Below are positions 1 to 9,794 of a stretch of DNA of 50,705 nt, one piece after another. A program made the translations under genes and the position numbers. Every line of letters begins with the position of its first letter. Position 1 is the stretch's first letter. Source of the stretch: a virus; IMG/VR virus record IMGVR_UViG_3300029876_000011; one strand, written 5' to 3'. The notes under the pieces were generated by a model, which was not told where the DNA came from, made no database searches, and saw only the letters and a list, made by a program, of their open reading frames with translations.

Positions 1-99
1 TTTCTTTACTCCAGAAACAGAACAAATTTGTTCCACATATTCTACTGTTGCCTTTACTACTTCTTTTTTTGTTTTGTCATTTACATATTTATCATATGT
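1..99. repeat. Terminal redundancy: bases 1-99 are identical to 50607-50705
   Basis: Direct comparison of the two window ends; the duplicated block lies inside a coding sequence. Confidence 0.9.
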
Positions 100-198
100 C
101 TGTTTCAATTTAGTACCAATAAAAGTAATTACCGCTATTAATATAGTATTTAGAATTTCAAATAAATTATTTTGTATTGCTGTTAAAATTGATTCCAT
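1..198 (-). CDS. Holin-like small membrane protein, N-terminal portion; the gene continues across the window junction into 50457..50705
   Basis: ATG at 198-196 with an AAAGGGTG ribosome-binding site, 15 nt after the stop of the upstream gene (213). Translation MESILTAIQNNLFEILNTILIAVITFIGTKL... has one hydrophobic helix then a charged tail, and runs in frame into the 50457..50642 ORF, giving about 115 aa. Confidence 0.45.
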   Translation of the reverse strand, partial: MESILTAIQNNLFEILNTILIAVITFIGTKLKQTYDKYVNDKTKKEVVKATVEYVEQICSVSGVKK

Positions 199-212
199 TT
201 TTTTCACCCTTT

Positions 213-1823
213 CTATTTAAATAAAACATTTCCTAGATTAACTGCTCCACTATCAATATTAATTGTTCCATAATATTCATTTCCAATGGCTATACTAGAA
301 GCAGAAATACTAGTGTTATTTCTGCCAGTAACAATTATTTGATTAAATAACACTTTATATGTACTGTTAGCACCATATTGAATACCACTTGAAGTATTGC
401 CTTTTATATTAACAGTTGAATTTGATAACTCATTACAACCCCAAGTTCCATAAATATTAGTGGCAGTTGTATTATTGATGTTGACTTTACTGCTTTTAAT
501 TTTTCCACCATGAAAGCCATAAATAGTAGTGGCATTATATGTACCTATTTTTATATTTGCATTTTCTATTGTTATATCTCCCTCACAACTAAACACTGCT
601 AATATGCTTTGAGTAGTTGAAGGACTTGCTGGTAGGTTTATAGTTGCATTACCAAAGTCTAATATAATGCTCCTGTTAGAAGTTCCTGTACTATTGAAAT
701 CAAATATCATTTGATTTTCTATTAATGTATCCGCTCCTAAAGATCCACTTACTGATATTTTCATTGAAGCATTATCTGCTACACTTGAATAATCTCCTGT
801 ACCATTTAAGAAATTCTTTACTATATTTGATAATGCTATGTTGTCATTAGAACCAGTTGCTATATAACTACAACTTGCTAATTTATCAACTTTATTTTCT
901 AATGCTTCAACTTGAACTACAATACTTTCTGATGCTGTACCACTTACTGATTTCTTATTAACAAATTCTACATCTTGTGTTGCTACATCAAGAGGAGTAG
1001 TTAATGTTATAGATGTTCCAGCACTATTTATTGTATATTCAACATTTTTTAATAGTCTCATACCATTTATGAATACATTAAGAACATCTAAGCCATTATG
1101 AACATAATTGATTGAAGTAGGTATAGTTATAACTGTTTGCCCCACTGTATTACTTCTATATACTGCTTGATATTCTCTATATAAACTTGTTGCTGCTACT
1201 GTATCTTTAATATCATCAAACCAAGTGTCAAATTCTGTTGTTTGATTATCAATGAAATCATTTTGTGCTGCTTGATATTGATTAAACAATGTTGTTGTAT
1301 CCATTTGATTTATTAAACCTGTTATCCAACCACAAACATCATTATTCGGTCTGGTATCGGTTATATTTGCAGAAGATATTGAAGTTGCATTTTTACTAAC
1401 CCTTACATATCCTAAAAATATTTCTGTTATATTATTTGTTCTGGTGATTGTTGGATATGTTGGATTAGTTGCCAATGTACCTTCTTTAACTGTTAACACT
1501 ACATTTCTATCAGTTGAACTCTTTCTTATTACTATTGCATCGTATCTATCTAGAATTACATCTGCTGCTGTTAGTGTTATTTCAGTATCACTTTCAATTT
1601 CAAAATAATGATTATCAACATATCCTCTACCTGATTTAACAACTACTTTAAGTCCACTGGTACTAGGAACTACTTGACAAGCATTAGATACTGTTGCAAA
1701 AACACCATTTTCTGACACTAAACCTTTAAATCTTTCGTTTACATCTTCTGCATTGTAAACTCTATCTGGTGTATTGTCTTTTACTACTGCATTAAAATAT
1801 CCTGCTTTTAAATCTATATCCAT
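213..1823 (-). CDS. Tail fibre / receptor-binding protein (baseplate upper protein-like N-terminus, Ser/Thr/Asn-rich beta-rich C-terminus)
   Basis: 536 aa; last large gene of the tail module after Dit and Tal; composition typical of a receptor-binding protein. Confidence 0.45.
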   Translation of the reverse strand: MDIDLKAGYFNAVVKDNTPDRVYNAEDVNERFKGLVSENGVFATVSNACQVVPSTSGLKVVVKSGRGYVDNHYFEIESDTEITLTAADVILDRYDAIVIRKSSTDRNVVLTVKEGTLATNPTYPTITRTNNITEIFLGYVRVSKNATSISSANITDTRPNNDVCGWITGLINQMDTTTLFNQYQAAQNDFIDNQTTEFDTWFDDIKDTVAATSLYREYQAVYRSNTVGQTVITIPTSINYVHNGLDVLNVFINGMRLLKNVEYTINSAGTSITLTTPLDVATQDVEFVNKKSVSGTASESIVVQVEALENKVDKLASCSYIATGSNDNIALSNIVKNFLNGTGDYSSVADNASMKISVSGSLGADTLIENQMIFDFNSTGTSNRSIILDFGNATINLPASPSTTQSILAVFSCEGDITIENANIKIGTYNATTIYGFHGGKIKSSKVNINNTTATNIYGTWGCNELSNSTVNIKGNTSSGIQYGANSTYKVLFNQIIVTGRNNTSISASSIAIGNEYYGTINIDSGAVNLGNVLFK

Positions 1824-1835
1824 TTAGAACACCTC

Positions 1836-2900
1836 CTATATTCCAAAAGTTAATGTAATAACTTTTCCATTTTGATCTTCACTTTCAATAACTTCAATTA
1901 CTCTTGCATTTATGTATATACCATTCCAACTTTCTTTTTTTATGGTTACAATATCGCCTAACTTAAAATCCTTTTTATATTCAAATCCTTTTAATATAAC
2001 CTCTCCAGCAAAAGCAACTGTGATTGAAGTTAAATTATCTAATCCTTCATCTTTCATTTGATTTTCTAATTCTGTTTCAGTTATATCTTCATTGTTAGAA
2101 CTTATATTTCTCTGATCCACCCAGATTTCGCTTCTATCAATACCAGTAGGTTCAGAACTAGTATTGTAGACTTCTACTATCTTTCTTGCTAAACCTTCAC
2201 CTTCACCAGCAACATAGGCATAATTTGTATAACCACTTACATCATTATCATATTCGGATTTTTTTAGATTATCGTATTCATCACAAAAAACTATCCATGA
2301 ATTTTTTGTTTGATTATATGATCTGTCTATACCTTTATACATTTCAAAATATAATTTTCCATTTCGTAAAGGCATTTTAAATCCTAGTCCATTTGCTTCA
2401 CAAGTTTCCTCTATTTTTTCTAGTAAATTTGCTCCAGTTATTTGCATTTCTATTTTTTCAGTAATAGAAGTATCAATATTTCCTAATTCAAGAAAACTAA
2501 TATTTCTTTTTGGATTGTTTGCATTGATAGCATTTATATAAACTAAATTTCTGATATTGTCCTGTAAATTCCCATACAATTGTGTTTGTTGAGATACTAT
2601 TCTCGACGCTAGAACTTTACCACTAGCAAATCTTCCAGTTACAGTTATCATATCTCCTGTTTCTGGCTCATTTTCAAGATGTATTTTTTCAATAACACCA
2701 ACATTATCTTCATCATCATCTCTGATAATATAGTAACCATTTAGTATTAAGTCTAATTTATCTTGTGTTAATGCCATATATAGTTCAAATTCGCCTGTTT
2801 TATAGTACCTACTAGCCCAAATAACAGAAGCATTATCTATTATCCCTAGTCTTTCAAAGTTTTTATTTACAACAATAACTTCCATACTAAACACCCTCAT
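1836..2900 (-). CDS. Tail tip / baseplate hub protein (Tal-like, short)
   Basis: 354 aa, immediately after Dit with overlapping start; assigned by position. Confidence 0.4.
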   Translation of the reverse strand: MRVFSMEVIVVNKNFERLGIIDNASVIWASRYYKTGEFELYMALTQDKLDLILNGYYIIRDDDEDNVGVIEKIHLENEPETGDMITVTGRFASGKVLASRIVSQQTQLYGNLQDNIRNLVYINAINANNPKRNISFLELGNIDTSITEKIEMQITGANLLEKIEETCEANGLGFKMPLRNGKLYFEMYKGIDRSYNQTKNSWIVFCDEYDNLKKSEYDNDVSGYTNYAYVAGEGEGLARKIVEVYNTSSEPTGIDRSEIWVDQRNISSNNEDITETELENQMKDEGLDNLTSITVAFAGEVILKGFEYKKDFKLGDIVTIKKESWNGIYINARVIEVIESEDQNGKVITLTFGI

Positions 2901-3747
2901 AATTTGAATAGTGTTTGAATGATATATTTATATATTCATTGCCACTAGTAGCAGAATAAGTGAATATATTATCTCCTGCTCCTACTTGTAAGAACTTACT
3001 GTTTGGAGTTAAGTAGTTAAATATATTTGTTTCTTCTGCATTTCTTATCAATTTAATTTTTTTGTTATTTGTATATGTTGTTATGATTATTCTGTCTCCA
3101 CTTTGAAGTGTGTATGGCTTTTCAGTTGTTCCTAATCCTATAAATTCTTTTGTTTCTCTGTTATAAATCATAGGATTAACTATTGTTCCTCTTGCAAATA
3201 TTTCGATTTCCATTCCACTGGCAATATCACCTTTATTTGTCAAATTTAATATTTGTATGGTTTCATATGTACTAAATGGTTCTGGATTAACTCTGTAAAA
3301 TGGGAAATAAAAGTTACCTTTTACAGTGTCTATGCTGTTAATCATTTCTTCTACATCTTTCCACCATACATCAGGACATAGAACTGATATTTGACAAGTT
3401 GTTAGCATTTGAAATTGATCTATTGTTAAACTTTCAACATTTCCATCTATCCATACATTTCTATTTTCATTTTCAAAATAGATTTTTATATATTTTCCAT
3501 TTTTAACATAGTTGTATAGATTAATTCTATTTTCTTCAACATTGCCTTTGATATACATATCAATAACAATATTTCTTGTTCCTGTTCTCTCATGTGTTAT
3601 TTCAGCACCATCACCAATGTTATCGACTTGTGAAATAGAAGCAGCAGGAGGAGTTAGTCCATCAATTCTTGAAACAATATAGTTTTCTTCATTTTGCGTA
3701 AGGCTTAATTGTTCGCCTTTTGAATTTTCAATAATTAATTTATACAT
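2887..3747 (-). CDS. Distal tail protein (Dit)
   Basis: 286 aa, directly downstream of the tape measure protein with an 8-nt overlap; standard siphovirus order. Confidence 0.5.
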   Translation of the reverse strand: MYKLIIENSKGEQLSLTQNEENYIVSRIDGLTPPAASISQVDNIGDGAEITHERTGTRNIVIDMYIKGNVEENRINLYNYVKNGKYIKIYFENENRNVWIDGNVESLTIDQFQMLTTCQISVLCPDVWWKDVEEMINSIDTVKGNFYFPFYRVNPEPFSTYETIQILNLTNKGDIASGMEIEIFARGTIVNPMIYNRETKEFIGLGTTEKPYTLQSGDRIIITTYTNNKKIKLIRNAEETNIFNYLTPNSKFLQVGAGDNIFTYSATSGNEYINISFKHYSNYEGV

Positions 3748-6700
3748 AACTACCTCCCTTTGAATTTAATAAATTCTTAGATTGTCTCCATATTTCTAAT
3801 CTGTCTAATGGTTTAGGTGAATTATTTGTTTGGTTGAAGTTATAGTAATTGTTAACAGTTTTACTATTTGAAGCATTTGGATTATTTCCTGATACATTAG
3901 TGTTAAGATCTAAACTAGGAAGATTAATTTGACTAACCATCTTATTTAATGCTTTGTTTATTTCTTTTTTAGCATCATCAACTTCATCAATAGCACCTTC
4001 ACTAATACCCATCGTTAAATATTTTCCTACTTCATCAGCCATAACTTTTGAAGGTGAGTGTATTCCAAAGAAATCTTTAAATCCATCTTTAATTTTACCA
4101 CCAACATCTTTAACACCTGACCAAATTGAAGAACCAATATTTTTCATACCATTAATAATACCCTTTACTATGTCTAATCCTAATTGTCCCCAATCAACAT
4201 CAGTTATCATAGTTTTAATTTTATCAATAAAATCTGTTATAGCAGTTTTTGCTTTTCCTGGTAATTCTTTAATTTTGTCTATAACATTAGTTACAAAATT
4301 ATTAGCAGCATCTTTGGCATTTTGAACCATGTTATCTTTCCATTCAATAACTTTTTCAATAGTGTTATCGAACCACTCTTTAATTTTTGTTGGCAAATCT
4401 TTAATAAAATTGATAACATTTTCAACAAAATTTATGGCACTTTCTTTTGCTTTCTTTGCAAAATTTATTCCCCAATCAATAACACTACTAATGATGTTTG
4501 CTAGTGTGTTGATTATTTTTGGTGGCAATTCTAAGAAAGCCTTCATAAATGCTGTTATTATTTTAGGAACTGCTTTTAAAAGTTCTAATGCTATTTTAGG
4601 GACTGCCTTTACTATTTCCATAAATACTGTGATTGCAATTTCATATATTTTTGGTGCATTACTTAATAATGCTTCTACTATTGCTAAAATTATAGTAGGA
4701 ATTTCAGGTATTAATGCTGCAATTAATTGTGGTATTGCTTCAACTATTCCAAGAAGTAACTGTAATGCTCCTTGTATTAATGCTGGTATTCCTGCAACTA
4801 ATCCATCAATTATTGCTGTTACTATTGTAGGCAATGCCTTACTTAATTCTTGAATTATTGTAGGTATAGCCTGAATTATTGCACTTAATAATTGAATTGC
4901 TCCATCAATTAACATTGGTATTCCTTGAACTAAACCACTTATCAATGTATTAATTATCGTTGGTATGGCTTCTACTAATGGTGGTATTATTTGAGGTATA
5001 GCCTGAATTATTCCATCCAATAGAGTTAAAGCACCTTGAAGTAAATCAGGTATTCCTTGTAATAATCCATCTATTATTGATTTTATTATTTGTGGTAAAG
5101 CAGTGGTTAGTGCTTGAACTACTGTTGGAATTGCTTCCACTATTGCCATAAAAAATTCTGTTGCACCTTCAATTAACATTGGAATATTATTAACTAAATT
5201 TTCTATTATTTTCGGAACTATTTCTATCACTTGAACTATTAATTGTGGGATCATTGTTCCCATTCCATATAACAATTCATTAATTAAATCAGCACCAACA
5301 TCCACCAGCATAGGCAACATACTTAATAGACTTTCTGTTATTTGTGGTATCAAGCCCATTATAGTAGTTAAAATACTTGGCAATGCTTGAACTATACCTT
5401 GAATTAAAGATGTTGCTATTTGAACTCCAACTTGTAATATCTTTGGCAGTGCTTCTGTTATTTTTCCTAGCAAGCCATCAATAACTTTTTGAATACCATT
5501 TTTTAATTGTTCTTCTGCTCCCTCTGTTCCAGCAAATAAGCCTTTTAAACCTTCTCCTGCTTCTTTAAGCCCAGGAACTAAAGAATTTAATAAATCAGCA
5601 CCAAATTGTTTGATTAATGTATTGATAGGCATTGCTACTTTTCCTACTTCTGCCATTGCAGAATTAAAATCACTGGTGGCTTGCCTTGAAGCAATCAAAT
5701 CAGCATTCAATTCTTGATATTTTTTTGCTGCTTCTTCATAAGTACTGTTTAGAGTTTCAGTAATTAATGTTGCTCTTTCTTGTTCTGAATTACATGCTGC
5801 TAATTTTTCATTAAATTCATCTTCACTTATTCCAGCCCAATTAAGTGCATCTGCAAGTGGTCCTGTTACTTGTCCTACTTTTGCTGTTTCATTGGCTGCT
5901 TCTGTTAATCCTTCAAGTGGCAATGAATCACCAAATGTTGCATATACACCTGCTGCAATATCAGTCCATTTTGCAAGTTCTTCTTCATTTTGTGTAAGTT
6001 TTGCTAAATGGTTAACCGCTTCTACTGATTGATCAGTTTCTCCAAGAATACCAACCATACCTTCATAGGCTTTTTTCCCTGCTTCGGCACTATGTCCAGA
6101 AGTGGTAAAGGCTGTTTCAAGTTTACCCATATCTTCTACAAATTCTTGACTGGCTGCTCCACTTGCTAGAAATCCACCTGCAAGTGCTGTAACACCTGCA
6201 CCTAAACCTTTTAAGCCTGCTTTAGCAATACTTCCTAATCCTTTAGATAATTTTGATAAACTTCCTTCTGTCTTATCAGCACTTTTTTCTATTTCTTTTA
6301 AACTATCTTCAACTGATTTACCAGTTTTGGCAGCCTTTTTTTCAGCCTTAGAAACATCATCTAAAGAGTTTTCATAATTTTTTATTTCTTTTTCTGTTCC
6401 CTTAACTGATGCTTCTTGCTTTTTAATAGCAATATTATTATCTTCAATTGCTTTAGCATGATTTTTTTGAGCCTTGTTTGCTGAATCATATTCGGATTTT
6501 AATTTGTCGATATGTTTTCTTGCATTTTCAACTTCTTTTGATTGCTCACCATATCTATCAATAACATTTTGTAAAGCCTTTTCATGAATATCAATCTGTC
6601 TTTTTAACTTAACTTTTTCTTCTGCTGCCTTCCGTTCCATTTCTACGGTTTTCTGTTGCTGTTGTTCAAGTATAGATAATTTTTTCTTCTCTGCTGTTAA

Positions 6701-6889
6701 AACTGTATTTAATTGTTCAATTTTTGCAGATAAACCATCAGAACTTTTACTCCAGTCATCCATACCAGCACTGGCTGCTTTAAATTCTGCATTTGCTAAT
6801 TTAATGTCTTTATTTGCTTGTTGAATACCACTTTTAAATTCAGACAAATCAACTCTAAACTTTGTTGTTACTTCTTTTGCTTTAGCCAT
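3740..6889 (-). CDS. Tail tape measure protein
   Basis: 1049 aa; N-terminal coiled-coil (K/E-rich); long run of hydrophobic Gly/Ala/Ile/Leu/Pro repeats; sits between chaperones and Dit. Confidence 0.8.
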   Translation of the reverse strand: MAKAKEVTTKFRVDLSEFKSGIQQANKDIKLANAEFKAASAGMDDWSKSSDGLSAKIEQLNTVLTAEKKKLSILEQQQQKTVEMERKAAEEKVKLKRQIDIHEKALQNVIDRYGEQSKEVENARKHIDKLKSEYDSANKAQKNHAKAIEDNNIAIKKQEASVKGTEKEIKNYENSLDDVSKAEKKAAKTGKSVEDSLKEIEKSADKTEGSLSKLSKGLGSIAKAGLKGLGAGVTALAGGFLASGAASQEFVEDMGKLETAFTTSGHSAEAGKKAYEGMVGILGETDQSVEAVNHLAKLTQNEEELAKWTDIAAGVYATFGDSLPLEGLTEAANETAKVGQVTGPLADALNWAGISEDEFNEKLAACNSEQERATLITETLNSTYEEAAKKYQELNADLIASRQATSDFNSAMAEVGKVAMPINTLIKQFGADLLNSLVPGLKEAGEGLKGLFAGTEGAEEQLKNGIQKVIDGLLGKITEALPKILQVGVQIATSLIQGIVQALPSILTTIMGLIPQITESLLSMLPMLVDVGADLINELLYGMGTMIPQLIVQVIEIVPKIIENLVNNIPMLIEGATEFFMAIVEAIPTVVQALTTALPQIIKSIIDGLLQGIPDLLQGALTLLDGIIQAIPQIIPPLVEAIPTIINTLISGLVQGIPMLIDGAIQLLSAIIQAIPTIIQELSKALPTIVTAIIDGLVAGIPALIQGALQLLLGIVEAIPQLIAALIPEIPTIILAIVEALLSNAPKIYEIAITVFMEIVKAVPKIALELLKAVPKIITAFMKAFLELPPKIINTLANIISSVIDWGINFAKKAKESAINFVENVINFIKDLPTKIKEWFDNTIEKVIEWKDNMVQNAKDAANNFVTNVIDKIKELPGKAKTAITDFIDKIKTMITDVDWGQLGLDIVKGIINGMKNIGSSIWSGVKDVGGKIKDGFKDFFGIHSPSKVMADEVGKYLTMGISEGAIDEVDDAKKEINKALNKMVSQINLPSLDLNTNVSGNNPNASNSKTVNNYYNFNQTNNSPKPLDRLEIWRQSKNLLNSKGGSYV

Positions 6890-6904
6890 ACAATCACCTC
6901 CTTG

Positions 6905-7126
6905 TTAAATCCAACCTCCAGTACCCCTCTTTCCAGTAACATTTCTTCTGTAAGTTGAATTACTTCTTTGAACATTGTTAGGTTCAATGTTATTTTCCTC
7001 TTTATAGTTATTACTTCTTTGTATTCTTCTTATTAACTTGAATACTTCCCCACTTGGTGTATTCCATATAATAAAAGGATTTAAAGAATAATATCTTTGA
7101 CATAAACTATCAATAATTCCAAACAT
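6905..7126 (-). CDS. T-like C-terminal extension of the tail assembly chaperone, reachable by a -1 frameshift from 7150..7497
   Basis: The -1 frame is open from the slippery site at 7171-7177 through to 6905 and gives KKRDEGTQVKSVPISLSMFGIIDSL...; there is no own ribosome-binding site. Confidence 0.5.
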   Translation of the reverse strand: MFGIIDSLCQRYYSLNPFIIWNTPSGEVFKLIRRIQRSNNYKEENNIEPNNVQRSNSTYRRNVTGKRGTGGWI

Positions 7127-7149
7127 AGATAGAGAAATGGGAACACTTT

Positions 7150-7497
7150 TTACTTGTGTTCCCTCATCACGTTTTTTATTTCAGCAGTTAACTGATCTTT
7201 AGTTTCAACAAATATTTTGAAGATGATTGGAACTAGTTTAGAAGTTGCCACACGACTTAATTCTTCTTCTGTTAATCCTTCAAAAATATCTAGCATTAAA
7301 GGTTTAACTTCTTTTAGATTTTTTAAGATAGCCATACCTAAAGACATATCAAGTTCTCCTTCGCCTATCTTGTCAAAATCTAGTGTATTTAAAATGTTGT
7401 CGATAACTCCAAAAGGTAAATCATATCCTTCTGCTGTATAAGTTTTTTCTATTTCTCTTTTATTTTCTTTTTTTGGTATTTGTAGTTCTAATTTCAT
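7150..7497 (-). CDS. Tail assembly chaperone (G-like)
   Basis: 115 aa acidic protein between major tail protein and TMP; contains the slippery site. Confidence 0.55.
   Translation of the reverse strand: MKLELQIPKKENKREIEKTYTAEGYDLPFGVIDNILNTLDFDKIGEGELDMSLGMAILKNLKEVKPLMLDIFEGLTEEELSRVATSKLVPIIFKIFVETKDQLTAEIKNVMREHK
7171..7177 (-). promoter_or_regulatory. Programmed -1 ribosomal frameshift slippery heptamer A_AAA_AAC
   Basis: Minus strand reads GAA ATA AAA AAC GTG; the X_XXY_YYZ heptamer is in the zero frame 20 nt before the chaperone stop, at the G/T chaperone position between major tail protein and TMP. Confidence 0.55.
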
Positions 7498-7610
7498 TTT
7501 ATTTTCCTCCTTATCAAAAATTAGATTGTGGGTAATTCATATAAGATAAGGTATTATATGAAAATGTAATATTCCACTGTCCCCACTTATTTTACTATTT
7601 GAATACTAAA

Positions 7611-8237
7611 TTATGCACTTGGTGTTGGTGCAAATGATGAAAGAGTATCAGGTGTTTGTACTGTTTTAAACCACTCAGACAAATCTAATTTAGTTCCATC
7701 ATCTTTAGTATCTTCTAATGCAACATAAACTTTTCTTCCACCATTTGTGAATTTATGAGTTGTTGCAATACCTGTATATACTAGAGACATATTGTTTGAA
7801 TCTGTTCCAGCATTTTTAGTTGTGTTAGTTTCATCTGGTATTTGGAAAGTTCCTTTTAAAGCCCATTTATAAGTCTTAACTCCATCTGTTGTTTCACTAA
7901 CATAACCAACTGCAAAGTAAGGATTAGTAACTCCATCTCCTCCACCTAGAATAGCACCAGTTGTTGTATCAATTTGCTGTCCTGTTAATTTTGCTAACAT
8001 TGAATTTGTTAAATGGTCTATTGTAAATGTTCTTGTTTCTGCTCCTACACCTTTTAAAACTAATGCTGGATTGTTGTCATAATATTTAGTTTCACTACCT
8101 TGCTCAGTTGTAACTCCAACTTCAGCAAGTCCTGCTATACTAAAAACTTCTCCAGTTTCATAACCAGTTGAATCATCTTTTGATACTAATGCTGCCACAA
8201 GATTTTCACAACCTCTATATTCTGCTATTTGCTTCAT
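7611..8237 (-). CDS. Major tail protein
   Basis: 208 aa, Thr/Gly-rich beta-rich protein just upstream of the chaperone pair. Confidence 0.6.
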   Translation of the reverse strand: MKQIAEYRGCENLVAALVSKDDSTGYETGEVFSIAGLAEVGVTTEQGSETKYYDNNPALVLKGVGAETRTFTIDHLTNSMLAKLTGQQIDTTTGAILGGGDGVTNPYFAVGYVSETTDGVKTYKWALKGTFQIPDETNTTKNAGTDSNNMSLVYTGIATTHKFTNGGRKVYVALEDTKDDGTKLDLSEWFKTVQTPDTLSSFAPTPSA

Positions 8238-8240
8238 ATT

Positions 8241-8603
8241 TTATTCCTCCTTCTTTTTTATAAAATATACATCAAACATTTTTGCTGTATGTGTTTTATT
8301 ATCACTGGCAACATCTGTTGGATCATCAGTAATAATAAAATCATTTTCTTCTAATTCTTTAATTGCTTTATCAGTCATTTCTAATAAAAATATTCTATCA
8401 GTACTATAAGCATTTATTTGATAACCAATATCATTTTTATTATGTTGATTATCATACATTTCTCCTCTAGCATTATCCCAACACCAATAACTAAAATAGT
8501 TTTCAGGTTCAGGATCTTCTTTTGATAGAGTACCTTGAAGAATAACATCAAATTCTTGACTTAATTTTAGGCTTTCCAATACCCTAACTAATTTATCTTC
8601 CAC
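8241..8603 (-). CDS. Tail terminator-like protein
   Basis: 120 aa, immediately upstream of the major tail protein gene; by position only. Confidence 0.3.
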   Translation of the reverse strand: MEDKLVRVLESLKLSQEFDVILQGTLSKEDPEPENYFSYWCWDNARGEMYDNQHNKNDIGYQINAYSTDRIFLLEMTDKAIKELEENDFIITDDPTDVASDNKTHTAKMFDVYFIKKKEE

Positions 8604-9033
8604 TATTCATCACCTTATCTAACTCTTTAGCAAATACTTCTTCTTGAATTTTTGCTATTTCTTCTTTAGTTTTAGTTCCATAAATAGTACTCTTTAATCC
8701 TTTTACTGGATTACTATAGTTTCCACCATACATTAGAAATATTGGTGTAATACCTTCATCTAAACTAAAACCAATATCAATAGTTCCATTAAATCCTTTC
8801 CACTCAATGTTTTTATCATCAATAATTTGCCTTTCAGATTGTCCTTTTGAGTATTTACCTTTTGCTGGCAAATTTGATTTAGTAAGTTTTTCATGGATTA
8901 ATGGTGTTATATAATCATGACTTGCTTCTAATGCTTTAGTTCCTACTGGAATTATATCCGCTCCTAAATCAGAAAATTGTTTAATCATTTCTTCAAGCCC
9001 ATCAAATTCTAAACTAAACTTTTTCTTTGACAT
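8593..9033 (-). CDS. Tail completion protein (HK97 gp10-like)
   Basis: 146 aa, overlapping neighbours; by position only. Confidence 0.3.
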   Translation of the reverse strand: MSKKKFSLEFDGLEEMIKQFSDLGADIIPVGTKALEASHDYITPLIHEKLTKSNLPAKGKYSKGQSERQIIDDKNIEWKGFNGTIDIGFSLDEGITPIFLMYGGNYSNPVKGLKSTIYGTKTKEEIAKIQEEVFAKELDKVMNSGR

Positions 9034-9389
9034 TATGCTTTACCTTTATTTCTTTTAATTTTAAATTTAAGATATTGGTGCATTTGGTCTATATCTTCTG
9101 GTTCGTTTAGAATTTCAAAAGTTGCATTATCTGATAATCTAACTAATAAGCAATCACTTTTTATATCAGGTCTAAACCAAGTTACTATATTTGCAGTATC
9201 CTCAATAATATATCTATCATTTTCTGTTCTTTCTGTACCTCCAAAGGTTTTAAAGTTACAATAGATAATTGGATCAATTGCATTTTTATAAATTGGTTTA
9301 GATACACCATTCTTCTTTTCGTATTTATCAACTATAAGAAGTTTCATTGGTGTATTTAACTGTTTTATTTCATTTGGCATATAAGACAT
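9033..9389 (-). CDS. Head closure / head-tail joining protein
   Basis: 118 aa; by position only. Confidence 0.3.
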   Translation of the reverse strand: MSYMPNEIKQLNTPMKLLIVDKYEKKNGVSKPIYKNAIDPIIYCNFKTFGGTERTENDRYIIEDTANIVTWFRPDIKSDCLLVRLSDNATFEILNEPEDIDQMHQYLKFKIKRNKGKA

Positions 9390-9395
9390 AATTTA

Positions 9396-9647
9396 TCACC
9401 TTTTTTCTCTTAACCTTATAATTTGCTTTTCAAAGTCTGGAGAATACTCATGAAGATTATCTTTATCCCATACACCTTTAGTAATAGCACCAATGGATGA
9501 TTTGCTATTAACTACTTCTTTAGATACACCCATTCCCATCATATCTTCTTTTACTTCTGATATAAGTTGTAATAGAGTATCATCTTGATAATCTCCTGTA
9601 ATTCTCAAAGACTTTTTCAATTTAATTAATAACTCTTGCTCATCCAT
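9396..9647 (-). CDS. Head-tail adaptor (gp6-like connector)
   Basis: 83 aa, first gene after the capsid/glycosyltransferase genes; size and position typical. Confidence 0.35.
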   Translation of the reverse strand: MDEQELLIKLKKSLRITGDYQDDTLLQLISEVKEDMMGMGVSKEVVNSKSSIGAITKGVWDKDNLHEYSPDFEKQIIRLREKR

Positions 9648-9794
9648 TGGTTAATCACTCCTTTGTAATAGAATATATTTTTGCATATCCTAACTTACAT
9701 ATTTTTATTGTTCTATCTCTATCTACCTCTATTATTTCTCCTAAATAAACATCTCTTTTTAGAACTATGTCAAAATTTTTGCTAATAGTAACTA

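Noticed and set aside
1-99. 99-bp identical window ends as genuine direct terminal repeats of the virion DNA
   Set aside because: The repeat falls inside a coding sequence that reads continuously across the junction, so an assembly overlap or circular permutation is more parsimonious. It is kept as a finding because read data could overturn this.
2186-2380. Plus-strand ORFs from the six-frame track (2186..2380, 3954..4325, 4322..4504, 4329..4853, 7217..7441, 10723..10947, 11138..11329, 11618..12163, 12777..13034, 16775..16984, 17298..17750, 18389..18595, 22635..22880, 22664..22849, 25212..25469, 26494..26760, 26780..27109, 28575..28781, 29446..29652, 31066..31260, 33337..33573, 36438..36695, 36768..36965, 37248..37445, 37943..38137, 38978..39172, 39574..39804, 41616..41864, 43211..43444, 44319..44507, 45989..46201, 46589..46810, 47180..47398, 49311..49586, 50220..50513)
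   Set aside because: All lie antisense inside, or overlap, well-supported minus-strand genes (41616..41864 is a minus-strand ORF antisense inside the plus-strand int). They have low-complexity Leu/Ser/Phe-rich translations typical of AT-rich antisense frames and no ribosome-binding sites.
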